Shown here piece by piece: positions 1 through 9,100 of a stretch of DNA of 64,000 nt. Both the position numbers and the translations under genes were made by a program. Position 1 is the stretch's first letter; every line of letters begins with the position of its first letter. The stretch spans positions 394,347-458,346 of the forward strand of contig DYIU01000003.1 of assembly GCA_020723485.1 (NCBI GenBank), in the 5' to 3' direction. Under the pieces are notes generated by a model. That model was not told the origin of the DNA. It did not search any database and worked only from the letters and a program-made list of their open reading frames with translations. This stretch comes from Acidimicrobium ferrooxidans. Its GTDB lineage: Bacteria > Actinomycetota > Geothermincolia > Fen-727 > Anoxymicrobiaceae.

Positions 1-1201
1 CCTCCGCGAGGAACCAGGTGGGGGCGGTGATATAGTTGTCCCAGACCTCGGCTCCCGTTGCATCGTTCCCGGTGCCGCAGTACAGGTCTCCCAGCCAGAA
101 AAGGAGCGCGAAAGCCCCCAGGTTGTTGCTGGTGCCAAAGCCGGGGGCGTTTACCTGCTGCCAGTCCGTGAAGGGCGGGCCGCCCGTACAGGCGCTCTGC
201 CAGATCTCCGCTCCCGTGGCGCTGTTCCTGGTACCGGCATACAGGTACGAGCCGTCTGATACCAGCGACGTGACGCCCACGTTCCCGGCATCGCCGAACC
301 CGTTGGGGGCGACGTTGGCCCAATCGGTGTACGGAGGCCCTCCGGCGCCGGAGCTCCTCCATATACTACTTGGCGCCCCGACTCCGCCGTTGTCGACGCC
401 GGCGTAAAGGTACGACCCCTTCACCTCCAGCGTCCGTGCGCTGTAACGGTTGACCGAACCGAAACCCGGGTTGTTCACGCGGACCCAGTCCGTGTACGGG
501 GGCCCGCCCCCGGCGCCCGTGCTCCAGATCTGGCAGCCTGTCGCGGTGTTCTCGACTCCCACGTGGAGCCGCGAGTTGAAGACCGTCATCGACCACGCGT
601 CCTGGTTACCGGTACTTCCGAAGCCGGAGGTGTTCACGCGGACCCAGTCGGCGAAGGGCGGGCCGCCCGCGGCCGCGGTCCTCCAGATCTGCGTGCCGTT
701 CGCCGGGTTATAGGTCCCCGCGTAGAGGTACTGACCGTACGCGGCGAGGCAGTCTATCGAATCGTTGTTCACGTTGCCGAAGCCGTTCGCGTTCACCTGC
801 TGCCAGTCGGTGTAGGGCGGGCCGCCGCCCGCCGCGGTCCTCCACAGCTCGGCGCCGTTCGAGTTCTCGGTTCCGGCGTAGAGGTATCCGCCGTGGACCG
901 TCATCGAGAAGACGGCCACGTTTGCGGCGTCGCCGAAACCAGCGGTGTTCACCCGGACCCAGTTACTGGCGTCATACATCCAGACCTGGCAGCCGGCACC
1001 GTTGCCGACGCCGGCGTACAGGTAGCCCTCGTACTCGACCATAGTCCAGACCCGGGCGTTGGCGGCCGCGCCGAAACCGTCCGTGTTATTCTGCGACCAG
1101 GCGGTCAGGTCTGCCTGCGCGGGGCCCGCCAGCAGGGTCAGTGGGACTATGAGGGCCGCGATGAGGATAACGGAGATTACCGAAGCACGTGTAGACCGCA
1201 T
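1..1201 (-). CDS. Secreted repeat protein, 5'-partial in window (C-terminus lies beyond coordinate 1). Signal peptide, then about 7 tandem ~50-aa repeats of pattern W-x-x-V-N-x-x-GFG ... Y-L-Y-A-G-T ... Q-I/V-W, looking like a beta-propeller or Kelch-like fold.
   Basis: The reverse-strand reading frame is open from 1201 to the window edge. ATG at 1201-1199 gives MRSTRASVISVILIAALIVPLTLLAGPAQA, a signal peptide. The periodic repeats are visible in the translation. Confidence 0.6.
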   Translation of the reverse strand, partial: MRSTRASVISVILIAALIVPLTLLAGPAQADLTAWSQNNTDGFGAAANARVWTMVEYEGYLYAGVGNGAGCQVWMYDASNWVRVNTAGFGDAANVAVFSMTVHGGYLYAGTENSNGAELWRTAAGGGPPYTDWQQVNANGFGNVNNDSIDCLAAYGQYLYAGTYNPANGTQIWRTAAAGGPPFADWVRVNTSGFGSTGNQDAWSMTVFNSRLHVGVENTATGCQIWSTGAGGGPPYTDWVRVNNPGFGSVNRYSARTLEVKGSYLYAGVDNGGVGAPSSIWRSSGAGGPPYTDWANVAPNGFGDAGNVGVTSLVSDGSYLYAGTRNSATGAEIWQSACTGGPPFTDWQQVNAPGFGTSNNLGAFALLFWLGDLYCGTGNDATGAEVWDNYITAPTWFLAE

Positions 1202-1394
1202 GACGCCACCTCCCGGTAGGGTTATCCTTGATTATGTTCCCTTACGCGTGAATAGGCAATCCGCGCGCGCGTTCGCCGGGGGGCATCGGGCTTCAGCTTC
1301 AGCAGCTTCGGCCAGACCGGTCGGCGGGAAGGTGCGCGGGAAGGACTGGATAATATAACGTTAGAAGGAGAAGCATCTCACGGGGGGGTTTGGC

Positions 1395-1769
1395 ATGGAG
1401 GCAAGCAGCAGCGGTTTCCCGGCCTGGTTGATAGTTGTCCTGGCTCTCGTCGGTCTTGCCATCTACATCTATACGGCGTACTGCCTGATGAAGATAGCCG
1501 GGAGGCTGGGGGTGGAGAACGGGTGGTTCGCCTTCATACCGTTCCTCAACTACTGGCTCATCACAAAGATGGGGGGAAGGGACTCCACCTGGTTCATCTT
1601 CATGCTTCTCGGGTCGTTCTGCTGCGGCATCGTCACGATGGTCATGTTCATAATCATCATGATGGACGTCGCCGAAGCGCTGGGATTCCAGGACTGGTGG
1701 GGAATCCTCCTAATCATCCCGCTCTTGAACCTCTACGTCTTCTACAAGCTGGCGTTCACCGAGCCGTGA
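1395..1769 (+). CDS. Small integral membrane protein (3-4 predicted TM helices), function unknown
   Basis: 124-aa ORF made of hydrophobic segments. GAAGGAG sits upstream of the ATG. Confidence 0.5.
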   Translation: MEASSSGFPAWLIVVLALVGLAIYIYTAYCLMKIAGRLGVENGWFAFIPFLNYWLITKMGGRDSTWFIFMLLGSFCCGIVTMVMFIIIMMDVAEALGFQDWWGILLIIPLLNLYVFYKLAFTEP

Positions 1770-1853
1770 TTCATGACGGGTCTCCCGCTCCATTTCTTTT
1801 TTCCGCGGCACCCGAACCGAATGTCGACCGGCGGGCGGGGGCTTCCCGTCCTC

Positions 1854-2015
1854 CCCGCAGGTTTGAATCACAATAGTGTTCAGAAATTAACAATATAATG
1901 AAGTTTGCTTCATTATTAACAGCCCGAGCCGGAAATTCGCAGCAAGGCTGTGGGTCCTGATTAATATTGATATTATTCAAGGCTATTGTTTATTACTGTG
2001 ATTCAAACCTGCGGG
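1854..2015. repeat. AT-rich island of about 124 bp, flanked by a perfect 19-bp inverted repeat (CCGCAGGTTTGAATCACA / TGTGATTCAAACCTGCGG). Could be a MITE-like element or a small RNA locus.
   Basis: Inverted-repeat arms at 1854-1872 and 1997-2015. The interior is about 70% AT in an otherwise 63% GC context and has internal hairpins (AATGAAG...CTTCATT). It lies between convergent gene ends. Confidence 0.5.
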
Positions 2016-2045
2016 ACGCTCTAGATCGAGACGCTGAATCGACCC

Positions 2046-2257
2046 GGGTCGGGCACCCTCTCGGAGGACACCCACGTTGTGCCCGGCGCCAGCAGAGCAG
2101 ATAGATTCCCGGAACCGCGGTTCTACCGAGTCTGATGATCAGGGTCGGCACCCTCACATGGATTCCCGGAACGCCAAACCGGCGGAGTCGTAGCCGCGGT
2201 ACTCGAGCCGCCTCAGTCCGTCGTACAGTACCGCGGTTCTATCGAGTCTGATGATCA
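2046..2257. repeat. Two tandem imperfect direct repeats of about 96 and 116 bp. Each begins GGGTCGG(G)CACCCTC, contains GATTCCCGGAAC and ends ACCGCGGTTCTA(C/T)CGAGTCTGATGATCA.
   Basis: The 28-bp terminal units at 2114-2141 and 2230-2257 differ at 1 of 28 positions. The second unit abuts the stop codon of the 2258-3292 gene. Confidence 0.5.
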
Positions 2258-3292
2258 TCAGTAAGGAGCCCAGTACCAGCCTTTTCCCTCGCAGTTGGGG
2301 CAGGTCTTGGTCGAGCCGTCAGGGAAGATGAAGTAACCCAGGCCGCCGCACTCGGGACACTCTATCCTCTGGCCCCCTGATTCGGACTCCTCCTGCTGCT
2401 GCTGGGCGGCAGCCTGCTGCTCGGCCGCCGCGGCTGCCTGCTGGGCCGCGGCAGTCTCCGACTGGATCCTGGCCTGCTCAGCCGCAACCGCCTCGTTGAC
2501 CTTCTGTTCCGTCTTCTTGGTCCAGTCCCAACCGACGTCTAGGACGCCGAAGCCCTCGTCGGTCTTCTCGACCTGGTCGTTGTCCGCGACGAACTCCCCG
2601 TTGGCCTTTTCGACCGACTTCGCCAGATTCTGCAGCTCCGTGAGTATCTTGTTGAGGTTGTTGACCACGTCTGGATTTATGAGCTGGTTGCCCGCGAGGG
2701 CGTTGTTCAGTGCGGTTATGTACTCGACCATCTTCTTTACGTATTCCTTGTATACCTCGAGGGCAACGGCCAACTGCTCCGCCTTGATATCGCGCGTATT
2801 GGCGGGTTTTGCATCCGGGTTCTTGCGTAAGCCGTCGGTGCCCCCTTTCTCCTCCTGTATCTCCTGGAGGGCGGCCAGCTTCGTCTGGCTCTTCTTGAGG
2901 TCCTCCTGCGCCTGGTTGAGTGAGGCGGTGTCCATGGTTATCCGGGCGACCTCATCACTGTCATCCTCGAGGAGCGCTTCGTAGTCTTCCCAGACCTCCA
3001 TTGTCGCGGCGTCGACCTTGTCGTTCGCGCCGGCCTTGAATATGAAGATGCCTCCGAGCACAAGTCCGCCCAGCACCGCGACCCCGATTATCACGACGAG
3101 GGCTATTCCCGCCGGTGAAGAGAAGAACCCGCCCGAGTCTTTCTTCCTGTCCGCATCCTGTGGCGGCTGTGCCTGTGCCGCGGGAGCGACCGTCATCGGC
3201 GCGGTCGCGCCCGGGTCGCCGAACCGGTAGCCGCACTCGGGGCAGAACTTGCTGCCGTCGTTCACTGAACTGCCGCAGTTTCTACAGAACAT
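2258..3292 (-). CDS. Membrane-anchored coiled-coil protein bracketed by zinc ribbons: N-terminal CxxC-x12-CxxC, one TM helix, a long Ala/Gln/Glu-rich coiled coil, and a C-terminal CPECGG...CPNCEG ribbon
   Basis: 344-aa ORF. The motifs are visible in the translation. No confident family assignment. Confidence 0.55.
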   Translation of the reverse strand: MFCRNCGSSVNDGSKFCPECGYRFGDPGATAPMTVAPAAQAQPPQDADRKKDSGGFFSSPAGIALVVIIGVAVLGGLVLGGIFIFKAGANDKVDAATMEVWEDYEALLEDDSDEVARITMDTASLNQAQEDLKKSQTKLAALQEIQEEKGGTDGLRKNPDAKPANTRDIKAEQLAVALEVYKEYVKKMVEYITALNNALAGNQLINPDVVNNLNKILTELQNLAKSVEKANGEFVADNDQVEKTDEGFGVLDVGWDWTKKTEQKVNEAVAAEQARIQSETAAAQQAAAAAEQQAAAQQQQEESESGGQRIECPECGGLGYFIFPDGSTKTCPNCEGKGWYWAPY

Positions 3293-3368
3293 CGATCATC
3301 ACCCCTCCTCTTGAACCGCGCCCATTCTATATCAGGGAATCGGCGCCCCGACAGCCGCGCGCGGCTAT

Positions 3369-5183
3369 TTGACCTTCGGTCAGGTGATTTCCTATGCTTG
3401 GACTGAAGCGGGAACCGGGTTCATGCCGATACAGAAGATGATGATGATGGGCATACTTCCTCGCTCCTGGTCAATATTCGCTCCGAGGTTCGACAGGAAC
3501 GGTTCCAGGCCGGCGGACCTCGTGGTCGCCGGTGCCCGGATAATCACGTGCCACGAATCCGCGCCGCGGGCGAGCGCGCTGGCGGTCAAGGACGGCCTCA
3601 TCGCTTACGTCGGGGACGATGCCGGCGTCCGCGATTTCGTGGGCCTCTCTACACGGGTGATAAACGGGAAGGGCCGCACGCTCACCCCGGGGTTCATCGA
3701 CAACCACTGCCACGTCCTCTGGATAGGTGGGCTCACCTCGCTGATGACGACGGACCTCTTCACCTGCGAGACGGTGGACGAGATGAGGGAAGTCGTCCAA
3801 AGGCAGGCCGCCCGGTTCCCTGACAGCGCGATAGTCATGGCGCAGGGCTGGAAGCAGCACTGCATCCCGGAAGGCGTATCGCAGCTGGAGCTGCTCGACT
3901 CCTGGGTCCCGGACCGCCCGGCGGCGCTGATGTCGTACATGGCGACCGGCTGGGTCAACTCGAGGATGCTCGAACTCATGACCGAGCGGAACCCGGCCGC
4001 GATGGAGCTGCTGGTCCCGGAGAGGGACGGGGCGGGCGCCTGCAACGGCCTGCTCAGGCACTTCCACGCCTTCAACCCGCTGGACTTCGTCTCGCTCGAT
4101 GAGCTGGGGCCCGGGGTCAAGGAGCTCATGTTCGAGGCCATGGAGCGGGTACTGGGCGAGGCGCTCTCCGTCGGCGTGACCACGATGGACGACGTCCAGG
4201 TCTACAAGCCCTATTTCCCGGTCATCCTGGAGTTCAGGGACCGGGGCGGACTAGACAACGTCAGGGTCAGGTGCGGGTATTACCTGCCCAACTCGGTGCT
4301 CGACGACGAGGCGGCGCTCGAGAGGGACCTTTCATGGTGGAAGGAGCTGGGGAAAGCCGAGTCGGACGAACACCTCACCCTCGGCAGGTCGGTGAAGCTC
4401 TACATCGACGGGGTGGCCTCCAACCACGCCGCGCTCAACTTCGAGCCTTACGCGGACATGCCGGACAGCCTGGGGGACGCCGTCTGGACCCAGGAGGGGT
4501 TCGACAGGGTCATCGAGATAATCGACTCCATGGACCTCCAGGCGTGCACGCACTGCTGCGGGGACGCGGGCATCAACAGGGTCATCAACTCCTACGAGCG
4601 CGCTTACAGGCTACACGGCAAGCGGGACATCCGGCACCGGGCGGACCACTGCAGCCGGCCCGCGGTCGATGACTACGAGAGGCTCGCGAAGGTGGGCGTG
4701 TACGCGGCGATGCAGCCCGCGCACTTCTTCGGGGACCAGACCGTTGAAGCCGCGCTGGGACACAACAGGCTCCAGCACTTCCAGCCGTGGAGGTCTCTCG
4801 AGAAGGCGGGTGTGAACATCTCGTTCGGGAGCGACTGGTGCGCGGGCCCGATCAACCCGGTGTACGGGCTCCTCATCGCGGCCAACAGGATGAACTACCA
4901 TTTCTCCACCAGCTGGGGACCCGCCGAGAAGATAGGCATCGAAGGCGCGATAAGGCACTGGACCATCGACTCGGCGAGGGCCCTGCACATGGAGGACGAC
5001 ATCGGCTCGATCGAGGTCGGGAAGAGGGCGGACTTCGTCCTCTTCAACACGAGCCCGCTGAAGCTTTCGTCACACTGGTTCCTCTTCACGCACGCTCTCG
5101 AGCTGGGGGCGATGGACGGTTACGTGGACCTGACGGTGGTCGGGGGAGAGATAGCCTACCGGAAAGAGGGCGCTCAGGTTTGA
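3369..5183 (+). CDS. Amidohydrolase-family metal-dependent hydrolase (amidohydrolase_3-like)
   Basis: FIDNHCHVLW (the HxH metal-ligand motif), HCCGDAG, and a C-terminal FNTSP...GG segment. The start is uncertain: there are ATGs at 3369, 3423 and 3441-3449. Confidence 0.8.
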   Translation: MTFGQVISYAWTEAGTGFMPIQKMMMMGILPRSWSIFAPRFDRNGSRPADLVVAGARIITCHESAPRASALAVKDGLIAYVGDDAGVRDFVGLSTRVINGKGRTLTPGFIDNHCHVLWIGGLTSLMTTDLFTCETVDEMREVVQRQAARFPDSAIVMAQGWKQHCIPEGVSQLELLDSWVPDRPAALMSYMATGWVNSRMLELMTERNPAAMELLVPERDGAGACNGLLRHFHAFNPLDFVSLDELGPGVKELMFEAMERVLGEALSVGVTTMDDVQVYKPYFPVILEFRDRGGLDNVRVRCGYYLPNSVLDDEAALERDLSWWKELGKAESDEHLTLGRSVKLYIDGVASNHAALNFEPYADMPDSLGDAVWTQEGFDRVIEIIDSMDLQACTHCCGDAGINRVINSYERAYRLHGKRDIRHRADHCSRPAVDDYERLAKVGVYAAMQPAHFFGDQTVEAALGHNRLQHFQPWRSLEKAGVNISFGSDWCAGPINPVYGLLIAANRMNYHFSTSWGPAEKIGIEGAIRHWTIDSARALHMEDDIGSIEVGKRADFVLFNTSPLKLSSHWFLFTHALELGAMDGYVDLTVVGGEIAYRKEGAQV

Positions 5184-6031
5184 GGGGTGGACGCGCCGCC
5201 GGGTGGCTCTGGAGCACCAGCGAGCAGCTGGCGGAGAGGCACCGGTGGTACGCGGTCCTCTTAGAGGCTCTGGTCGATTTCCGGCGCAATAAGCTCCGGT
5301 ACCACACCTACTTCTTCACCGTCAACGCCTTCGTGGGGGTGCTCGCGCTGTTTCTCGCCATATCGTCGCTCATGGGCTTCCTGGGGGACTCCGAGTTCAA
5401 GCGGCAGGTGGTGGACGGGATGACGAGCGTGATGCCGGTGCTGCGCGGGAGCAGCTCCGAGGTCCATAACATCTTCGAGACCTTCAAGGGAGCCGCGGGC
5501 ATTGTAAGCTTTCTCTTCCTCATATGGGCGGCCACCAGGATATTCAGCGCGCTCGAGACCGGGTTCAACATCATCTGGGATTCCGAAAAGAGGCGCTACG
5601 CGCACTCTCTGCTGGTAGGCCTCCTGATGACCGCCGTGGTGGGGGCCCTGTTCCTGCTCACTTCACTGATACAGTTCGGGTTCAACAGGCTGCTCGGAGA
5701 GCTCCTCGAGACGAGGAACGTGGGCTACTACCTCGGTGTGGCGGTCGCAAAGCCCATTATCGGCCTGCTCATAAACTTCCTGCTCTTCCTGTTCGTTTAC
5801 CGCGTGGTCACCGGGGTAAGCCCGCCGTTCACCAGGTGCCTGCCCGCGGCCGCGCTGGCGGCGGTCCTCTTCCTCGGCTCCCAGTATGTCCTCAACCTCT
5901 ACTTCGATTACATCTACAAGGTGCCAGCGATATACGGGAGCCTGGCAAGCGGGATAATACTGATACTCTGGATGCAGGCGACGGGCATGATAACCTTCTA
6001 CGGCGCCGAGGTCATCCACGCGCTCGAATAG
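5180..6031 (+). CDS. yihY: YihY/BrkB-family inner membrane protein
   Basis: Six TM segments with the family-typical N-terminal region (RYHTYFFTVNAFVGVLALFLAISS) and a C-terminal GAEVIHALE. The long upstream ORF extension overlaps the amidohydrolase gene and was discarded. The start is probably TTG at 5180, which overlaps the upstream stop codon. Start is approximate. Confidence 0.7.
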   Translation: MRGGRAAGWLWSTSEQLAERHRWYAVLLEALVDFRRNKLRYHTYFFTVNAFVGVLALFLAISSLMGFLGDSEFKRQVVDGMTSVMPVLRGSSSEVHNIFETFKGAAGIVSFLFLIWAATRIFSALETGFNIIWDSEKRRYAHSLLVGLLMTAVVGALFLLTSLIQFGFNRLLGELLETRNVGYYLGVAVAKPIIGLLINFLLFLFVYRVVTGVSPPFTRCLPAAALAAVLFLGSQYVLNLYFDYIYKVPAIYGSLASGIILILWMQATGMITFYGAEVIHALE

Positions 6032-6111
6032 GGTCAGACCATTTTCGTTGCGTCAGCAACATGTTCAACATGTTAAATAGAGTGCCTGACGCAACGAAAA
6101 TGGTCTGACCC
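6031..6111. terminator. Perfect 26-bp-stem palindrome (GGGTCAGACCATTTTCGTTGCGTCAG ... CTGACGCAACGAAAATGGTCTGACCC) with a 29-nt loop. It exactly fills the gap between two convergent stop codons. Likely a bidirectional terminator and/or a palindromic repeat element.
   Basis: Arms at 6031-6056 and 6086-6111. The loop contains the direct repeat CAACATGTT twice. The arms resemble the repeat family at 11230, 33209, 51278 and 59880. Confidence 0.55.
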
Positions 6112-9100
6112 TATTCGCCGATGGTGGAGGTGCCGGCCCCGCGGCTGTTCCAGTACATCGCCTGTTCGGCCACTATCCCCTTGCCGGGGGTCTTGCAGGT
6201 GACCTCGACGGCGGCGCGGCCTGCCGGTACCCTATCCGACATGTCGTAACTCCTGCGGGAATGCGCGGGCACCACCTCGGAGAAGACGACCTCTTCCCCC
6301 TCTCCGGCCAGCGGCATGTATGAGACCTCTATCTCCACATCCTGGTTGTTGGGGTTCTGCACGATGGTCCATGTCTCGTGGCCGTTGTATGTCTCTCCAT
6401 CCGGCAGGTAGAACGTCCCCCTGGTGGAACCGACCCCGATGGAGCAGTGGCCCGCTTCTCCGTTCGGCGTGTCCCCGCCCCACAGCATGACCCTCTCGGC
6501 GACGATCGGCGCGGAGCCGTGGACTTCCATAGACAGGTCGGTGCTCGCGACCGGCTGTATATCGTTCACCCTGACGGTCCTCCTGGAGCAGGCAGGTATC
6601 TGTAACTCCGACCGCCACCTGCCGCCTTCAGATGTCATGTAGGTCACGGTGACATCCGTGTCTGTGGGCTGCGGGTTCTGCACTACCAGGTACGTCGTGA
6701 ATCCCCAGGCCGTGGTCCCTTCCGCCAGGTAGAAGTCCCTGGAGGGAGTGTCCGTGCCGATGGATTCATGCCCTTCCCTGCGGTTGTTTCCGTACATCGT
6801 CCTCTCGGGGACCACCGGCACGTCGCTTTCCACTTTGATGCTCGCGTCCGCCGCGCCTGTGTCACCGGCAACGTCGATGGAAGCCCGCGACATGGCCGGC
6901 ACCTCGTGACGGACCGTTCTCGGGGCACCGTCCTCGAACATATAGGTCACGTCGCAGGTCGCCGGGGCATCGTTGGGATTGAGAATCGTCAACCAGCACT
7001 CGAAGCCCCATGCGGAGGAGCCCTCTGCGAGGTACCAGGCCTTCCCCGGGGTATCGACTCCCACGGACGAATGGCCTTCCGCGGAAGGCGCACCCTCTCC
7101 AGTCCAGATCATCCTGCGTTCAACGGCAAGAGGCCTGCCCTCCGGGCTCTCCACGACGGTCGAGAAATCCATAGCCCCTATGTCGTCCCGGGGGTTGATG
7201 ACAGTCTGGCTCGAGGCCGGCAACTCGAGGTCGGGACGGGTCACCGGACCTGCCGGAGTAATATAGGTCAGCTTCGCCGCGGTCGCAGTTTCGTTGGGAT
7301 TCATTATCGTGAGGTATGTATCGAATCCCCAGGCGGACGACCCCTCGGCAAGGTACCCGGCAGGGTTTCGCACCTCCAGGTTTGCCGAGAACTCACTGGT
7401 GTTTCCCTCCCCGCTCGGGTCGCCTGCAGGGCTCGCGGCCGTGGCGGATATCAGGTCGCCCGCCGACATTCCGGATACCGTCGTGCTGAATTCACCGGAA
7501 CTGGCGGCCGTCACGGTCGCCAGGTAATCGCGACCCTGACCGTGACCGGAAGGGTCCGGTGAGGCCCCGGTGAGATAGAGCTCGACGGCGGCGCCTGGTG
7601 GAGCCGTGCCGCGCACCAGCGCATCCCCGGAGTCGTCTACCACGGCCTGTCCTCCCGAGAACACCGGGAAGTTGTAGCCGCGCTGGGGCTTCTCCGGGTT
7701 GTTGTTGTTCCCATCGTTGGGGGTCACACCGTCACCGAGGATATCGATGCCCAGACCGCCGTTGCAATAGATGGAATTCCCGCTTATCCGGTCGCTGTAA
7801 GAGTCCGGCGTCCAGACGACGACCCCGGCGGCCTGGTTGTCCGCTATCCGGTTGGACGTCACCTGGTTGCCTGTAGAATCAGAGAACGGGGCGAACGATA
7901 CGCCGCTGCCGAGGTTTCCCTCAATCGTGTTGTCGGAGACCACGCAGTCCGTGCCGCCCAGGCTGACGCCCGAGTCGTAGACCTTCGTGCCGAAGTCGAG
8001 CGCGGGCGGCGAGTACCCGGCGGCGACGGGCAGCGAGCCCACCGGGAGGTAGTCGCTCCCGGGCGATGCGGCCTGGAAGGCGAGCTCAAATCCTCCATCC
8101 TGAATCTCCGAGTTGTCGTAGCCGAAGCCGGGCAGCACCATGTCCATGAAGCCCAGGAGCACCTCTTTGCTGGGGAACACCCCGGCGTCGGCGTACCAGG
8201 TCATGTAGAGGTCCCCTGAGCCGTTCCACGCGTGCACGAGCCCCACGTTGAAGCTCCTGACCCCGTCCGCGAACTGGACGAGGGACCCGTCCGAGGGCAC
8301 CGCTGCGAACTCGCCGGCCGAGGGGTCCCCGATGAAGAAGCACCCCGGGAAGCCCATGATGGTCTCGTCGTAGTCGTTGCCGCCGAGCGAACGAGGCGAG
8401 TTGGAGGCCTCGTAGCAGGGCAGGCCGGTGCCGTTGCCGGTGATGGTATTCAGGCTGACGGTGCACTGGGAGACGCCGCTGAGGATGAGGCCCTGGTGGC
8501 GGTTGTACTTGATGTGGTTGCGCCCCTCTTCCGAGCCGCCCACTACCGTATGGCCCGCTTCGTTCTCAATCCTTATGCCGGTGTTCGCGTTGCCGAGCCC
8601 GGAAGCGCCGTCGCGGTTGGTACCGATGTAGTTGCCGAGCACCTCGTTGTACTCAGTCCCGGCATCCGACAGGTACACCCCCGAGTCGCCGTTGGCCGCG
8701 ATCACGTTCCCCGTGCCCGCGCCTTCTCCACCGACGGTGTTGGGATTCGAGGCCGAACCGGCGCCCGCGGTGATGCTCACGCCGCTGGAATCGTTGGGCA
8801 GGGCGGCCGTCGCTGTCGCATCGAGCCCGATCACGTTGCCGGCGACCACGTTGCCGTCGGCGTTGGGCCCGGTGATGGTCACACCGTTGGGATTGCCGCT
8901 GATCAGGTTTCCCTCTCCGGGACCGCCTCCGCCTATTGTGTTGTTCGAACTCGACGAGGCGCCTCCATCGATCCAGACACCATCGCTCGCGTTGCCGAGC
9001 GCGGCCGTGCCAGTCTTGTCGGTGCCTATGAAATTACCGGCTATGTGATTGCCGTCCGCCCGGATGCACACGCCTTCGTGGGCCGCTGCGCTTATGAGGT

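Noticed and set aside
2046-2257. Possible CRISPR array
   Set aside because: There are only two long imperfect units with no regular short repeat-spacer periodicity and no cas genes.
4787-5183. Upstream part of the 414-aa ORF fused to the YihY-like gene
   Set aside because: This part overlaps the 3' end of the amidohydrolase gene out of frame. The conserved YihY region begins only after about 5180.
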